A stretch of 64,000 nucleotides of DNA from Octopus vulgaris (Eukaryota): positions 8,804,001 to 8,868,000 of the forward strand of contig OX597823.1 of NCBI GenBank assembly GCA_951406725.2, read 5' to 3'. A program made the translations under genes and the position numbers. Under the pieces are notes generated by a model, which saw only the letters and a program-made list of their open reading frames with translations, had not been told where the DNA came from and made no database searches. The stretch's first letter is position 1; every line of letters starts with the position of its first letter. Shown in pieces: positions 26,869 to 41,279 of this stretch.

Positions 26869-27339
26869 CATCATCATCATCATCATCATCAACAAGGTGA
26901 TCACCACCATTATGGCATTGCCCTGTTTTATATGCTATCACCATCACCAACACCATCAACATCATGACCAACTTCAACAATGTTATTATAACTGACAAAG
27001 TCACAACTTGCTCCTTATAATTATTTTGTAACTTCCTATCTATGTATATATTCCTCTGTCCGTTTATCTATTTCATCTTTTCCTACATACTTCTATCAAC
27101 CTCACTCCCAACTCCGTCCACTCTATTATATTGCCTCTGTGAATAGCTATATAGAAGGCTTCATATATATCGTGAAAATACATTTGGTTTCATCAGTGAA
27201 TGTATCTGTAGGTGAAATAAGATGCCTCACTGTCAGGTAAGGAAAATTGCATGGAAGCATACAAGTATACATTTCTACAAGCACCTATATATGTGTGTGC
27301 TTGTATATATGTACGTATAAATATATAAACACACATATA

Positions 27340-27713
27340 GGCGCAGGAGTTGCTGTGTGGTAAGTAGCTTGCTAACCAACCACATGGTTTCGGGTTCAGT
27401 CCCACTGCGTGGCATCTTGGGCAAGTGTCTTCTGCTATAGCCCCGTGAGTGGATTTGGTAGACGGAAACTGAAAGAAGCCTGTCGTATATATGTGTGTGT
27501 GTGTTTGTGTGTCTCTGTTTGTCCCCCTAGCATTGCTTGACAACCGATGCTGGTGTGTTTACGTCCCCGTCACTTAGCGGTTCGGCAAAAGTGACCGATA
27601 GAATAAGTACTGGGCTCACAAAGAATAAGCCCGGGGTCGATTTGCTCGACTAAAGGCGGTGCTCCAGCATGGCCACAGTCAAATGACTGAAACAAGTAAA
27701 AGAGTAAAAGAGT
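27340..27713 (+). mobile_element. SINE family B
   Basis: Full head and tail, with a small internal deletion after ctatagcc. Confidence 0.92.
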
Positions 27714-28249
27714 ATATCTATATACAGCCGTATTACTATAGTCATATGTGTGTGTGTGTGTGTGTGTGTCTATAAAAATCATCAAAGGTCCTCCCCGAGC
27801 CATAGGCTCATAAGGGTGAGTACCCAGATTTTCTCACGTAACTACTGTCTGCCTTGGATGAGATGCCAGTCAGTCGCAGGACTACTCATATTTGCCACCT
27901 GAGTGGCCTGGAGCAACGTAAAATGCTGTGTTTTGCTAAGGAAAACAGTATATGTATATATGTCATTATTCAGTTTATTTCAAGATTTTTTGCCAATAGA
28001 GAAACAACCGGTTTCTAACCTAGATCCAAGACTCCTTCATTGGAATTTCAAAATCAACAACACAGTATTTTTGTATGTATGTATGTATGTATGTATGTAT
28101 GTATGTATGTATGTATGTATGTATGTATGTATGTATGTATGTATGTATGTATGTATGTATTTATGTATGTATGTATGTATGTAAATATGCATGCATGCAT
28201 GTATGTATGTATTATGCATGTATGTATGTATGCATGCGTGTATGTATGT

Positions 28250-29185
28250 ATATAAGTGCAGATTTATATGTTTTATGTATGTATTCTCATGCATATAGTT
28301 GCATTTATAGACATGCTAATATATATTTAAATGATAAATTTCTGGAAAGTTTTACAGTTCCAGTGATGGATTGGATCTGTAATCTTCGAATTAGCTTTCT
28401 CCTTTGTGGATTTGAGAAGCCTAATTTTTCAAGATTGGTATTTAGGAAGTGTGCTACATATCTCAAGGCTCCAATAATTACAGGTATAAACCTGAACTTG
28501 TAATCTGGATAGAGTAACTGCAGATTTCTCAAAAGTTCAGGATAGGTGTTCTAATTTTCACTGTTCTTCAGCTTTATGTTAACATCCACTGGGCAGATAA
28601 TTTCAACAACTGTGCACAGTTTCTCTTCTCTATCCCAAATCCTTATATTAGGTCTGTTGTGCTTACATTTTATTGAGGTGTTCACTGATACATTCTACCA
28701 GTATTCCTTTTTTATTATGAGCGGCTATGGCTTCTATCATATTGTAAGTTCTTATTTCTTTGTCCTCGGGATTATCCTTCCGACGGATTTCATTATCGAG
28801 TCTCTTAGCGACAACGCCATGTCCCATCGGTAGATAATACCGTGATGACATTTCGGGCAACTGCTTATGATATGGGTAATAGCTTCAGTGTGAACTCTAC
28901 AAAGTGTGCATCAGGTACTTGGTTGATATTTTCTGTTCCTGGATTGCAAACGCATACCCTCCAAAGTGGGAGGTAGTAATCCGGCTATTGGTCCATGATA
29001 AACTGCTTTGGTGATCGACGTTACTATCATCACGGGGCTTTCTAGTAATATACCAATTCATAGTCTTATAGGCTCATGTAGGCTCATCCTTTCAGCTGAT
29101 GATACGTTGCGGTAGAGTCGTGCGACGTCTTTCGGCATGTGTTCTAGGTTTATCAGATACTCGTAAATTTGTGTTTTGCTCATGG
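28250..29185 (-). mobile_element. RLE-endonuclease LINE (R4-like) 3' fragment with (ATAC)n at its 3' end
   Basis: GYAFAIQEQKISTKYL..THIISSCP.MSSRYYLP.., KHNRPNIRIWDREEKLCTVVEI.CPVD and RNLQLLYPDYKFRFIPVIIGAL give a CCHC knuckle plus RLE motifs, with frameshifts. Confidence 0.85.
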
Positions 29186-29548
29186 CAGCGTCATTTTAAA
29201 CTGCTTGAAGCGTGACAACTGTTTCAGCCGCTGTTTTCCCCAGCAGAAAACAGAATTTCACGAAAGCAGACTATTCCTTTTTTTCAACCATGGAAGAAGC
29301 ACCGCAACACAAATATGCACCATGTGGAATTACGACTCCACACGATGACGCCGTCGGCAGAACGATGCCTGAGGATCCCATCAAGTGGCTTCTACAGGCG
29401 TAAGCCTGAACTACAAGTGACTTGTTCCATAGAGCACGTTTCCTGTTACTTTTGGGTAACCCGTCGTATGTATGTATGTATGCATGTATGTATGTATGTA
29501 TGTATGTATGTATGTATGTATGTATGTATGTATGTATGTATGTATGTA

Positions 29549-29963
29549 TTTTATCCTTTACTTCTTTCAGTCATTAGACTGCGGCCATGCTGAGGCACAG
29601 CCTTGAAAAATTTTAGTCGAAAGAACCGGCCCAGTACTTTTTTCTTTTTAAGCCTGGTATTTATCCTATCGATCACGTTAATCGAATCATTAAGTTATAG
29701 GAATGTAAACACACCAAGACCGGTTACCAAGCGTCGGGGTGGCGGCAAAATCCAGACACAAAGGCACACAGATATAAATATATACACATATTTATATATA
29801 CATACGACGTGTTTCCCTCAGTTTCCGTCTTCCAAATCCACTGACAAGGCTCTGGTCGGTCCGAGGGTATAGTAGTTGCCCAAGATAACACACAGTGGGA
29901 CTGAACCTGGGACCATGCGATTGGGACACAACCTTCATAACACATAGCCGCCACGTCTGAGCC
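29549..29963 (-). mobile_element. Diverged SINE family B
   Basis: tttcagtcattagactgcggccatgctg.., cagtttccgtct.ccaaatccact.., cagtgggactgaacc. Confidence 0.82.
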
Positions 29964-30275
29964 TATATGTTGAATTGTGTTCACCAACTGAGAGAAAAGT
30001 GATCAATATATGCTGACGACAATATGATTTTATTGAAAATGAATGTTGTTTCCAGTGACTGGCGTTTCACATGACTGCGATCTTTCAGCGTGATCTAATA
30101 AACAGGCATGTTATTCTCTGTGCTTGCTCTTGCATATAGAAGTAGCGTGAAAACCGAGCCGCGGGAGATGCTTTCAGTTTTAAGGAACCAATGTCGGAAA
30201 CCACTAATGTAAAGTGAGTGTGTACGTCTGTGTGTTTGCGCGCGCGTGTGTGTATGCATGTATATATATATACAC

Positions 30276-30494
<219 letters not shown>

Positions 30495-30561
30495 AATTCC
30501 TCTATTTACATAATATCGAGGTCTCTCATTCTTTTGTTGTCTTACCATTTCTATCAATATG

Positions 30562-30616
<55 letters not shown>

Positions 30617-30619
<3 letters not shown>

Positions 30620-30840
30620 GGTCTTTCAAAATGTGACCTCGTGTGTACCGTTGGCGATTTTGTTTCCTCTGTCTTCCCTTCTTTGGATCTTTCCTTCTCC
30701 TATGTTTTCGACGAAGAGCTCCGCTCGAAACGTTAAGCCCTCCTTCTTTCCTTCTTCCCTGAGCGTCCAATAATACTATATTTGTTCCACGTCCTCGCGT
30801 TGTTGTGTTTTTTTGTGCTTTCTTGTTTGGATTAACTATA
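30617..30840 (+). mobile_element. Penelope-like terminal-repeat fragment with degenerate hammerhead, in (TA)n
   Basis: gttt TCGACGA a gagc-tcc-gctc GAAA cgt TA at 30704-30738; the 3' part is shared with 7430-7523 and 61052-61150. Confidence 0.68.
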
Positions 30841-31296
30841 TATATAGATACAGATATATCAAAGGTTTTGGTATCCAAAAGTCCCCAAGTAATGCTATGT
30901 AAGTGCTGCAGAAGGGCCACTGTTAGGCTCCCGGATCGATAATAGTATGAATGAGGAGTCTAACGCGGGTCGTGTGTGAGCGTGTATATGTCAAATCAAA
31001 TGAGACAACAAAATCAAGGCAGTGTGAAATAATCTAGGACATTTATAAAGAGAAATGTAGTCTTAGAGCTGTTTCGGTGATATAAAAGATATCCACTCAT
31101 CATAGGTGATATGAGAGAATTAACTAGAAGGAAATATTAGTGCTCAATATGAGAAGTTATTTTAGAAAGGGAGAGATATAGGAAGTATAAAGGGAAATGT
31201 GAAAATAAAAATTAAAATATGCATTGGGTGTAAAGTCGCTGTTCCGTTATCCAAGGAATGTTCTGTGTAGAATAGCTAAAAATGCTTCTTGAACAT

Positions 31297-31710
31297 ACTC
31301 TTTTTAGTCTTTTACTCTTTTACTTGTTTCAGTCATTTTGACTGCGGCCATGCTGGAGCACCGCCTTTTAGTCGAGCAAATCGACCCCGGGACTTATTCT
31401 TTGTAAGCCTAGTACGTATTCTATCGGTCTCTTTTGCCGAACCGCTAAGTGACAGGGACGTAAACACACCAGCATCGGTTGTCAAGCGATGTTGGGGAGA
31501 CAAACACAGACACACAAACACACACACATATATATATATATACATATATATACGGCGGGCTTCTTTCAGTTTCCGTCTACCAAATCCACTCACAAGGCTT
31601 TGGTCAGCCCGAGGCTATAGTAGAAGACACTTGCCCAAGGTGCCACGCAGTGGGACTGAACCCGGAGCCATGTGGTTAGTAAGCAAGCTACTTACCACAC
31701 AGCCACTCCA
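31297..31710 (-). mobile_element. SINE family B
   Basis: Reverse complement, near full length. Confidence 0.92.
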
Positions 31711-31789
31711 GCAGTCTATATTTTGCTATTACAAATGGATATTCTTGCATTGCTTGCTACTATGCAAGGATATCGCCCGTTGCGGAAAC

Positions 31790-32709
31790 TTTTCGTTGAG
31801 TAATGCAAGCGTTGGGTACAAAGTGTGACAGGTCGCTCCTCCATCATGCTGAAACCAGAGGTTGTCAATCTCCGTATCTTCCAAGTTCGGTCATAACTGA
31901 ATGGATATCATGTCTCGGTGATGTTCGCCATTAATGGTAACTGCATTCCCCATATCATTTTCAATAAAGAACGGTCCAAGCACTCCACCTGCCCCAAAAC
32001 CACACAACACAGTCGTTTTCCTTGGATGCGTTTCACGCTCTTGCGTTATTTGAGGATTTTCATTTCCCCAAATCCGGCAGAGCTGTTTATTGACAAATCC
32101 ACTCAAATGGCAGTGGACCTACTTACTGAAGATGATTTTCTTTGCAAAATTCGTTAGCTCCAAGTCTTTCCACAACCCAGTCAGCATATTTCCTCCGCCT
32201 CCCGTGGTCAGGTGGCTGAAAATGTAGCTTAAGTTGAATTTTGTACGCATTCATATGGAAATCTTTATACAAAATTCAATGTGATAAAGTAGTCGGGATG
32301 CCATATTGCTGCGAACGTAGGCGAATCGATTTTCCCGGACACAGAGTGACTCTATCTCGGACAACGGCAATTTGTTGCTCTCTCCTATGAGAACGGTTCC
32401 GCCCAGGCTACCTACCCGTTGCAACTGAACCAGCTGTTTTAAACTTCGCCATCAGTACCAAAAGTGTTACGAAGTTTTCGAGCTGTTTGCGTCGCACCTT
32501 CTCTGATTTGGTACAATGTCTTCACGATGAGAACACGTTATTCAGATGTAAATTGCTCCATGACACACTGCGCACTATTCTGAGAAACAAACAAAAAACT
32601 ATTAATCGGAGTGAAGACAGATAGCAAACATGATAAAAGCATGTATTCAAACTTCAAATCACAAACGCGTCACCCAATTCAAATTCGGCGCTCTTTATGG
32701 AACACCCTG
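31790..32709 (-). mobile_element. Tc1/mariner superfamily (rosa/maT-like) transposon relic with transposase pseudogene
   Basis: TA plus TIR cagggtgttccat at the right end. Decayed ORF reads MEQFTSE*RVLIVK.., HLSGFVNKQLCRIWGNENP..HPRKTTVLCG..GVLGPFF..VTING.., WFQHDGGATCH. Confidence 0.85.
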
Positions 32710-32717
32710 TACGTATC

Positions 32718-32757
<40 letters not shown>

Positions 32758-33151
32758 CACACACATACGCACACACGCACGTACACACACACACATATAC
32801 ACACACACACTCACACACACACACACACATACATAAATGTAAAAACTGCGTGGACTTCGATAATAAATAAATAGAAAATTTCTGGAAACTAGTCTTATGG
32901 AATTTTCCTATCTTATCGTTGACCGCTCGAAATAGGGAGTAATAAATCAGTCGATAACTGAGGAGCTGGACTTCTGGTATTTTGTCCCGTACTTTTATCC
33001 CGTTATGTATTTACGTATTTTTCAATAGTTGTTGATGTGGTGTTCTAAATTGTGTCTTTTTCGGCCTATTGTCCTCTACTTGTCTCTCGTGTGTTTACGT
33101 GTTTTTCACTCGTTGGTGATGTTCTGTACTTAATTTGTGTGTATATATATT

Positions 33152-33195
<44 letters not shown>

Positions 33196-33197
<2 letters not shown>

Positions 33198-33396
33198 TGT
33201 ACTCGCATAGCAAGTGATTTGATCTGAGATCGTGTGCCGGAACGAAAACAATTGCAGCGTGGAAGGTGTTTGTAAGCCATTTAAGAAACACACAAAAGCC
33301 GTTCGATTCACTTCAACATTTAAGTATAATTTGTCAAAATATTTTCGTCGCTAAAATCCGCGACCTCTTCACTGACAAAAATCCGTGCTGCATCTG
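33196..33396 (-). mobile_element. Second copy of the ~200-bp hammerhead-bearing repeat
   Basis: Colinear with 9901-10101; the hammerhead-like fold at 33330-33379 has core GTGAAGA. Confidence 0.8.
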
Positions 33397-33809
33397 AGAA
33401 AGTAACAGTTAGTTCGTCATATATATGTACGTATGTATGTGTGTATGTATGTATACATGCATGTATGCATATATGTATGTATGTATGTACGTACGTACAT
33501 ACGCATGTGTATGTATGTATGTATGTATGTATATATGTATGTGTGTTGTATATGCACGCACATACACACTATAAACATACAGTTATAAACCTGTAGTGAT
33601 GGATAGATGTAGACTGACACTCATCACAATAACATCAAATTTCAACCTCCCCGCCGAAACTAGGAAGTGATTTACGACCCTCACTCCCAAAACAAAACCC
33701 TCCAAAACCTATTATCAGACATTTATCTCTATATCACAGAACTTTTGTTTTACCATTACTTGTTTTGTTCCCCCCTCCCTACATCTAGTTAGTTCAGGTC
33801 AAATATATA

Positions 33810-34700
33810 TACGTATGTATGTGTGTCTATGTATGTATGTATGTATGTATGTATGTACGTATGCATGTATGTATGTATGTATGTACGTATGTATGTGTGT
33901 ATGTATGTATGTATGTATGTATGTATGTATGTATGTATGTATGTATGCCATGTATGTATGTATGTATGTATGTATGTAGGTATGTATGTATGTATGTATG
34001 TATGTATGTATGTATGTATGTAGGTATGTATGTATGTAGGTATGTATGTATGTATGTATGTATGTAGGTATGTATGTATGTAGGTATGTATGTATGTATG
34101 TATGTATGTATGTATGTATGTATGTATGTATGTATGTATGTATGTATGTATGTATGTATGTATGTATGTATGTATGTATGTATGTATGTATGTATGTATG
34201 TATGTATGTATGTATGTATGTATGTATGTATGTATGTATGTATGTATGTATGTATGTATGTATGTATGTATGTATGTATGTATGTATGTATGTATGTATG
34301 TATGTATGTATGTATGTATGTATGTATGTATGTATGTATGTATGTATGTATGTATGTATGTATGTATGTATGTATGTATGTATGTATGTAGGTATGTATG
34401 TATGTAGGTATGTATGTATGTATGTATGTATGTAGGTATGTATGTATGTAGGTATGTATGTATGTATGTATGTAGGTATGTATGTATGTATGTATGTATG
34501 TATGTATGTATGTATGTATGTATGTATGTATGTATGTATGTATGTATGTATGTATGTGTGTATGTATGTATGTATGTATGTATGTATGTATGTATGTATG
34601 TATGTATGTATGTATGTGTGCCCGTATGTATGTGTGTGCGTACATGTACGTGCGTATGTACGTATGTATGCCCATACGTAGGTATGTATGTATGTATGTT
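33810..34700. repeat. (GTAT)n microsatellite, ~0.9 kb
   Basis: Direct reading, with GTAG interruptions. Confidence 0.98.
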
Positions 34701-35434
34701 TGTACTCGTGTGCTACGTATGTATGTGAGTACCTAGGAGAATGTGCAGACTCGTCTGTGGGAGTGTATACATGTGTATGTGTATGTGAACGTATGTCCGT
34801 GTACTGGAATGTGTCCGTCCAAGTTGTGTACATGACTGTTACTTTCTTGAAGGTTGTATACATGCTCGCATATATGTTTGTATAGACGCACCCACATATA
34901 TATATATGTGTGTGGGTGTGTGTTTGTTCCTCTCATCACCGTCTAACTGTGAATGGATACAACGTTTAGGTGCAACTGTGCACATATAACCATATCCATA
35001 TACGCAAGTACACACAATCATATAGACACACTCATAAATATACATATAATCTTAAAATACTCGTATATTCTAATCCACTTCTACATACATATGTCCTATT
35101 ACACACATACACACACACACACACGCATACACACACGCACACACACGCATAAACATACATACGCACACCCACACACACACATACAAAATCCGACACAGTA
35201 TATTATATCTATATATGCATAAACGCATACATATACAATACATTCATACATCTATACATGCTCATATGTGTATGCATGTGCATTTTTTTGTTTTATAGCA
35301 TCACACACGCACATACGTATCAAACAACGTACGCTCATACGGTTATATATAACTGCACATACGCATTGCAACATGTATGTAAGGATTACAAGTAAACGAG
35401 AGAGAGAGAGAGGGGTGGTTATAGAATAGTCCTC

Positions 35435-35853
35435 CTAAATGGGATGTGGATGTTTTCGGTTGAGAGTAGGTTTGTATTCTTGTATACAAACAGCTTCTGT
35501 GACCTGTCTCAACGTTGCATCGGTGGGATGTGTTGATAGGATGTTCAAATTAAGTTTCCCTAAGGATCTTTTGTGGCAGTCTACAGCATGTTGATAGAAG
35601 ATGGAGTTTGGCTTCCTTTCAATGTAGTTGTCCAGGTGTCCTTTGAACCTATCATTGATGCTTCTAGAAGTCTCACCTATGTATGACTCTGGGTTAGTCG
35701 CGCAAGCTCCTTCTTGGCACTTAATCTGGTATACAGTGCCCTTGGTTTTGCAGTTTACATGTGGATTTCTCGAACATACTGCACACTTACTTTGACATTG
35801 ATTCTATCAAATGGATATGATCTGCATAATGCCGATTTGATAGTCCTACCTGT
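35435..35853 (-). mobile_element. Penelope-like element GIY-YIG endonuclease fragment
   Basis: Open frame [79 protein letters not shown] has the VY...YIG, R and E motifs. It is absent from the ORF track because it lacks a start codon. Confidence 0.88.
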
Positions 35854-35856
35854 ATA

Positions 35857-35890
<34 letters not shown>

Positions 35891-36681
35891 AATACACACA
35901 CACACATACACACACATATATATATATATGTGTGTGTGTATGTGTGTGTATATACATATATATATAAATGTATGTATAGATGTACGTATTTATATTATAT
36001 ATATATATATATATATATACATACAGACTCACACACACACACATTCATATATACATATACATCTATTTATATGTATATATATATATATATCACATCAGTA
36101 TAAATGGAGTATGCGTTTCAGAAAATTATGAGAAGAGAACAAGGAAAAGTATAACTATCTCATGATGATAAATATCTTTTCAACACTCCGAGAAACTGTT
36201 ATGGAATAGATTTACATTAATACTGTTTTAGATTGAATGATGGAAACATTTGATATGATTTTTCTAAGACTTCTGTGTTCATTGTGTGGGAAAAGAGCGC
36301 ACTTAAAATTCACAAACTATCAACTATTAACCAAAATTATTTGCTAGATTTTTTAATGAGAATGAACTAGATTTATGGAAATACATTTAAATTTACTTTT
36401 GCTTCCCCGTGATAGAAACGTTTACATTAATTCATTAGTCTCAAGTATTTGAATGGAATTGAAAGAGATCGTTATTGTTGGCTATCTTACCAAACTAATT
36501 TCAACAAGACTACTAATTTGGTTGACTTACTGTGTTGTAGTTTCAATAGCAAAGCTACCCGAACGTTATTTGGAGATTCAGGAAAAAACAATTAAATACT
36601 GGTAGGCCATTGACCGGAGAAGCTTCCCTGACAAAAGTAGTCGTGCGTCGAATTTCTCGTTCTTGTTGTTGCTGTCATTGT

Positions 36682-36912
36682 GGCTGGAGCCGGCAGAAAC
36701 GTTAGCGCGCCGGGCGAAATGCTTTACGGTATTTCGTCTGCGTTACGTTGTGAGTTCAAATTCCGCCGAGATCGACTTTGCCTTTCATCCTTTCGGGGTC
36801 GATAAATTAAGTACCAGTTACGCACTGGGGTCGATATAATCGACTTAATACCTATGTCTGTCCTTGTTTGTCCCCTCTGTGTTTAGCCCCTTGTGGGTAA
36901 TAAAGAAATAGG
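36682..36912 (+). mobile_element. SINE family A
   Basis: Family A body and tail. Confidence 0.9.
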
Positions 36913-36937
36913 TATTGTTGTTGTTGTTGTTTTTTTT

Positions 36938-37188
<251 letters not shown>

Positions 37189-37190
37189 AA

Positions 37191-37403
37191 GGTGGTGAGC
37201 TCGCAGAATCGTTAGCAAGCTGGGCAAAATGATTGGTGGCGTTTCGTCTGTCGCTACTTTCTGAGTTCAAATTTCGCCGAGGTCGTGTTTGCCTTTCATC
37301 CTTTCTGGGTCGATAATTTAAGCACGAGTGAAACACTGGGCTCGATGTAATCGTCTTATTCCCCCCACCCCAAATGACCTTTCCCTGTGGTAAAATTTGA
37401 AAT
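37191..37403 (+). mobile_element. SINE family A-related older subfamily with a different tail
   Basis: ggtggtgagctcgcagaatcgttagc..gagttcaaatttcgccgaggtcg..gcctttcatcc; tail ..aaaatttgaaa. Confidence 0.8.
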
Positions 37404-37419
37404 TATTGTTATTATTATT

Positions 37420-38660
37420 TCGTTTGTTGGAACTCCTGGAGACTTGTACGTGTAGCCGGCTTGCTACCTGCAGCCTACGGTACCATGCTATCCGTTCTTT
37501 TCAGCTATCTAATACTTTCCTGATTAATCTGGCCGTACCAAGGAGGCAAATCTTTTGTAACAGTTCTGCTAGGCGTTCTATTCCAATTTCCTTTATATTC
37601 CTATTGATGCCTTCTGATATTGTTCCCAAGGACCCAACAATACGGAGCACTTTCTTCACCTTCTTCATTTTCCGTAGCCGGGCTACTTCGTACTGAAGGC
37701 GGTTGTATTTATCTTCACCTTTCTTCTTGACTATTCGTGGGTCAAAGAGGCATGCAACATCAACCGTATAGTACATGTTCTTGTCGACCACCGCTAGGTT
37801 CGATCTGTAATGCTCTAACACCTGATCCATTTGGACTGGGAAATCCCAGAGGATTTTGCTAGTCTCCGACTCCACCACTCTCTGCGATTTATGCTCACAA
37901 CACATCTTACCTCTCTCTAGTTCCCACTTTTCGCACATTTTCCAATGCAGGACACTCACAACCTGATCATGTCGCCAAAATTGGTAGTGATTTTGGGCAA
38001 GTCTAAGGCAATGGTATCATCTACTCTATTATAGATGCGGCACAGCGGAGACGCTTGCTCATTTCAAAGGTTGATCTTTCAGTTGGCCAAATCTTGGTCT
38101 TCGCGCTGCCAGTAAGTGCGCTCGGTCTCACTTTTTAGTGTTTCTTTCTTCAGCCAATCCCACCAATCTTTTCCAGCAACTTCTGTTGTAGCTATAGGGA
38201 ACTGACTGTGCAGTCCCTTGTTAGGTAAATCTTCTTCATGTTCTTTCCGTATTTTATCCTTCGTTTTTCATTTTTTTCTGCTTTCAATACTCCGTCATTC
38301 CTAACTGACACTAGCAAGGTTTCCTTACTTTGGGCTGGGTATCTCATTAAGCTCTTCCACACTTATCAGTCCCCTTCCTCCAGTTGCTCTCTCCATATAT
38401 AGGCGATCAGTGTCTGCACATGGATAATGGACTCCATATATCGTCAGGAGATTTCTTGAATTCCTGTCCATCTCCTTTAGCTCCTTCTCTGTCCACTTCA
38501 GGATTTCAGCACCATACCTAACTACTGCAACTGTGGGCGGGTTTATTGGCGAAATTATGTTTCTGGCATTTATCTTTGAAGCCAGTGTTTCCTCACTCAC
38601 TGTAGGTACTCTCTTTTTATCTTTTTCCTTTGTGTGGTTGTGTTTAATTCCATCTGCCTC
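37420..38660 (-). mobile_element. R4/Dong-type LINE 3' fragment
   Basis: KINARN..VVRYGAEILKW..MDR..DRLYMERATGGRGLISVE; RHDQV..LHW..KILWDF..DVACLFD..QKICLLGTARLIRKVLDS*. Confidence 0.9.
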
Positions 38661-38699
38661 AAAAATCTAGATTTCAAAACATAAAATTGTTCCCACACT

Positions 38700-39140
38700 G
38701 GAATATCGGTGGGTTTGTCTGCTTCCTATAATGCGATACAATCTTACAAAGAAGGTGAGTAGAGAAGCGTGTAATAAGTTGGGCACTGCTCAATTTAGAT
38801 CAATCAAAAGACTTCGTTAGAGCCAACGACCGATACTTAGAGGTTATCCTCCCTATAGGATTTGATTTCAGTACAGGCTTCCGAGGCCAAATCGCCACGA
38901 TGCACAACGACATATGTTCGGCGTGGATCCCCTGAGTGGATCATCAGAACCATTCAGTTTCAAGCTTTAGGTTTGAAAACATATTCCTTTCTCGTCTCAT
39001 CTGTATGCCCAGACTCTTCAGCCACCACTGCGGAAGCTAAACACGTTGAGGGGCATCTTGTGCAAACAAGAATGGACAGAATCATGTCGGCATATGCGAT
39101 CGATATCAACCTCCTAGCTTTGGACACCACAGCTTGACCA
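38700..39140 (+). mobile_element. L1-Tx1 reverse transcriptase fragment (decayed)
   Basis: ALLNLDQSKDFVRANDRYL (= LDQ.KAFDRV.H.YL), PFSSHLYAQTLQPPLRKL (= CPLSPLLY..LEPL) and MSAYAIDI (= AYADD), read across frameshifts. Confidence 0.75.
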
Positions 39141-39520
39141 AGGTAATTAGTACCGTGCAAAAATAAAGTACGATAGAATATAATGAGGTCAGTTGAATCA
39201 GCTAATAAGTTGCCTGATTTATGAGTTTTTGCCTATTTAAGAGATATTTCTTGGTATATAAGCAGGAGAGACGGATAAAATAAAGAATTTGTTAAATAAT
39301 ATAAAATAGAGTCAAAACAGAAATAGAAAAAAATTCAACTCAAATGGATTTTGTTTGATATGTGAAAGAGAACTGCTGCTTTTCTAAGAACACAGGACAC
39401 TCACCGAGGCACACATTTACAGACACATATATGTATACACACATACATATACAGACGCACACATATATGCACTCATATATACTTATATAAATATACATAC
39501 ATACATATATATATATATAA

Positions 39521-39589
<69 letters not shown>

Positions 39590-40094
39590 CATGCATATAC
39601 AAGTACATACATGCATTCATATACAAATATATATATGTATGTGAGTGTATGTGTGTATGTGTGTGATTGTGTGAGTATGTGATTTGTGTGTGTGTGTGTG
39701 TGCATATGTGTCAGTATATCTATGTATTTATTTCTCAAATTTCCTAATGAATTTATTAGCAGCATTAATTCTTATTTTCAATTATTTTTGCCAAACGGAG
39801 AAAACTTGAGTTTGTTTCCTTGTGTGTGTCTGTTACATTAAATAATAATACTCACTTGGTGAGTCGGAAAAATTAATTAAATTAACTTCATCTAAAACAG
39901 GAAAGATTGCTTAGGGCCAGTTGATCAGACAAAACAGAACGTCGACATGAACAACAATCTGCAGTACAAGAAAAAACAAAAAACATCATAAGATTAATAA
40001 TAATGATAACAATTATAATTATAGGAGTGATAACATTACTAGCTGTCACAATAATAGTAGTGCTAGTAAAAATGATATTAATTATATTGATATA

Positions 40095-40139
40095 ACAACA
40101 ATAACAATGACAACAACAACAATAATAATAATAATAATG

Positions 40140-40185
<46 letters not shown>

Positions 40186-40463
40186 TAATAATAATAATAA
40201 GGATAATAATGATAATAATAATAATAATAATGATAATAATGATAATAATAATAATAATAAATAATAATAATAATAATAATGATAATAATAATAATAATAA
40301 CAATAATAATAATAATAATAACAATAATAATAATAACAATAATAATAATAAGAAGAAGAAGAATAAGAATAATAATAACAATAATAATAATAATAACAAT
40401 AATAATAATAACAACAACAACAATAATAATAATAATAATTTTAATAATAACAATATTAATAAT

Positions 40464-40519
<56 letters not shown>
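40095..40519. repeat. (TAA/CAA)n microsatellite
   Basis: Direct reading; another (TAA)n lies at 40703-40800. Confidence 0.97.
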
Positions 40520-40529
40520 CACTTTTTAA

Positions 40530-40700
40530 TTTTGGCACAAAGCCAGCAAATGTTTAAAGGAATGTGGAAATCGATAGAGATCAGTACTTATTTTATCGAC
40601 TCGACTTGGAAAGGACGACACCGGCAGAATTTGAATTCAGAACGTAAAGACGCTAAGCAATTTTATCGGCATGTTAAGGATTCTGTCAGGTCGTCGCATT
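40530..40700 (-). mobile_element. Diverged SINE family A-related copy
   Basis: cagtacttattttatcgac.., cggcagaatttgaattcagaacgtaaaga.., gttaaggattctgtcagg. Confidence 0.55.
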
Positions 40701-40701
40701 C

Positions 40702-40801
<100 letters not shown>

Positions 40802-41279
40802 CTAAAAATTAATGGGTTATCACAAACAAGTATTAATAATGGTGATCATTTCTAACATTGCTAAATAGTGAAAGATAAATTACAAAATTATAATTATAAT
40901 TAGGTACTAAATTGGGCACTAAGTTATAATTATGTACTAAACCAATATTTGTCAAAGGAGTTTTAATCGATCGCATTGAAAGTGCCCTGTTCTTGACTGG
41001 TACTTTATTTTCTCTTCTGATTAATGAAAGGCTAATTTGGTTTCAGATTTGACTGACGTTTTCAGCCAGGAGGGTGTCTGTAGATAAACTGCAATGCATA
41101 TTTCCGACAATGTAGCAATCTTGCAATTATACCTTCCTAAAAGTGGTTTTTGATTTTACTAACAAGGACATCAAATTTGGAGAAGCTTAGTCAGTCATAC
41201 CCACTACACAATGTAAAGCAAAATTTTACTTTTACCATTCTTCAAAGATTTAAAGATAAATTAAACTCGGAAGGATTTG

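Noticed and set aside
25841-27004. Poly-Y/L/I/N ORFs (also at 36845-37232, 39888-40557, 47542-47970, 51033-51656)
   Set aside because: These are trinucleotide microsatellite read-throughs.
38859-39143. Possible host exon (ctatag|...|gtaatt boundaries, 91-aa ORF)
   Set aside because: Motifs spread over different frames match a decayed L1-Tx1 reverse transcriptase.
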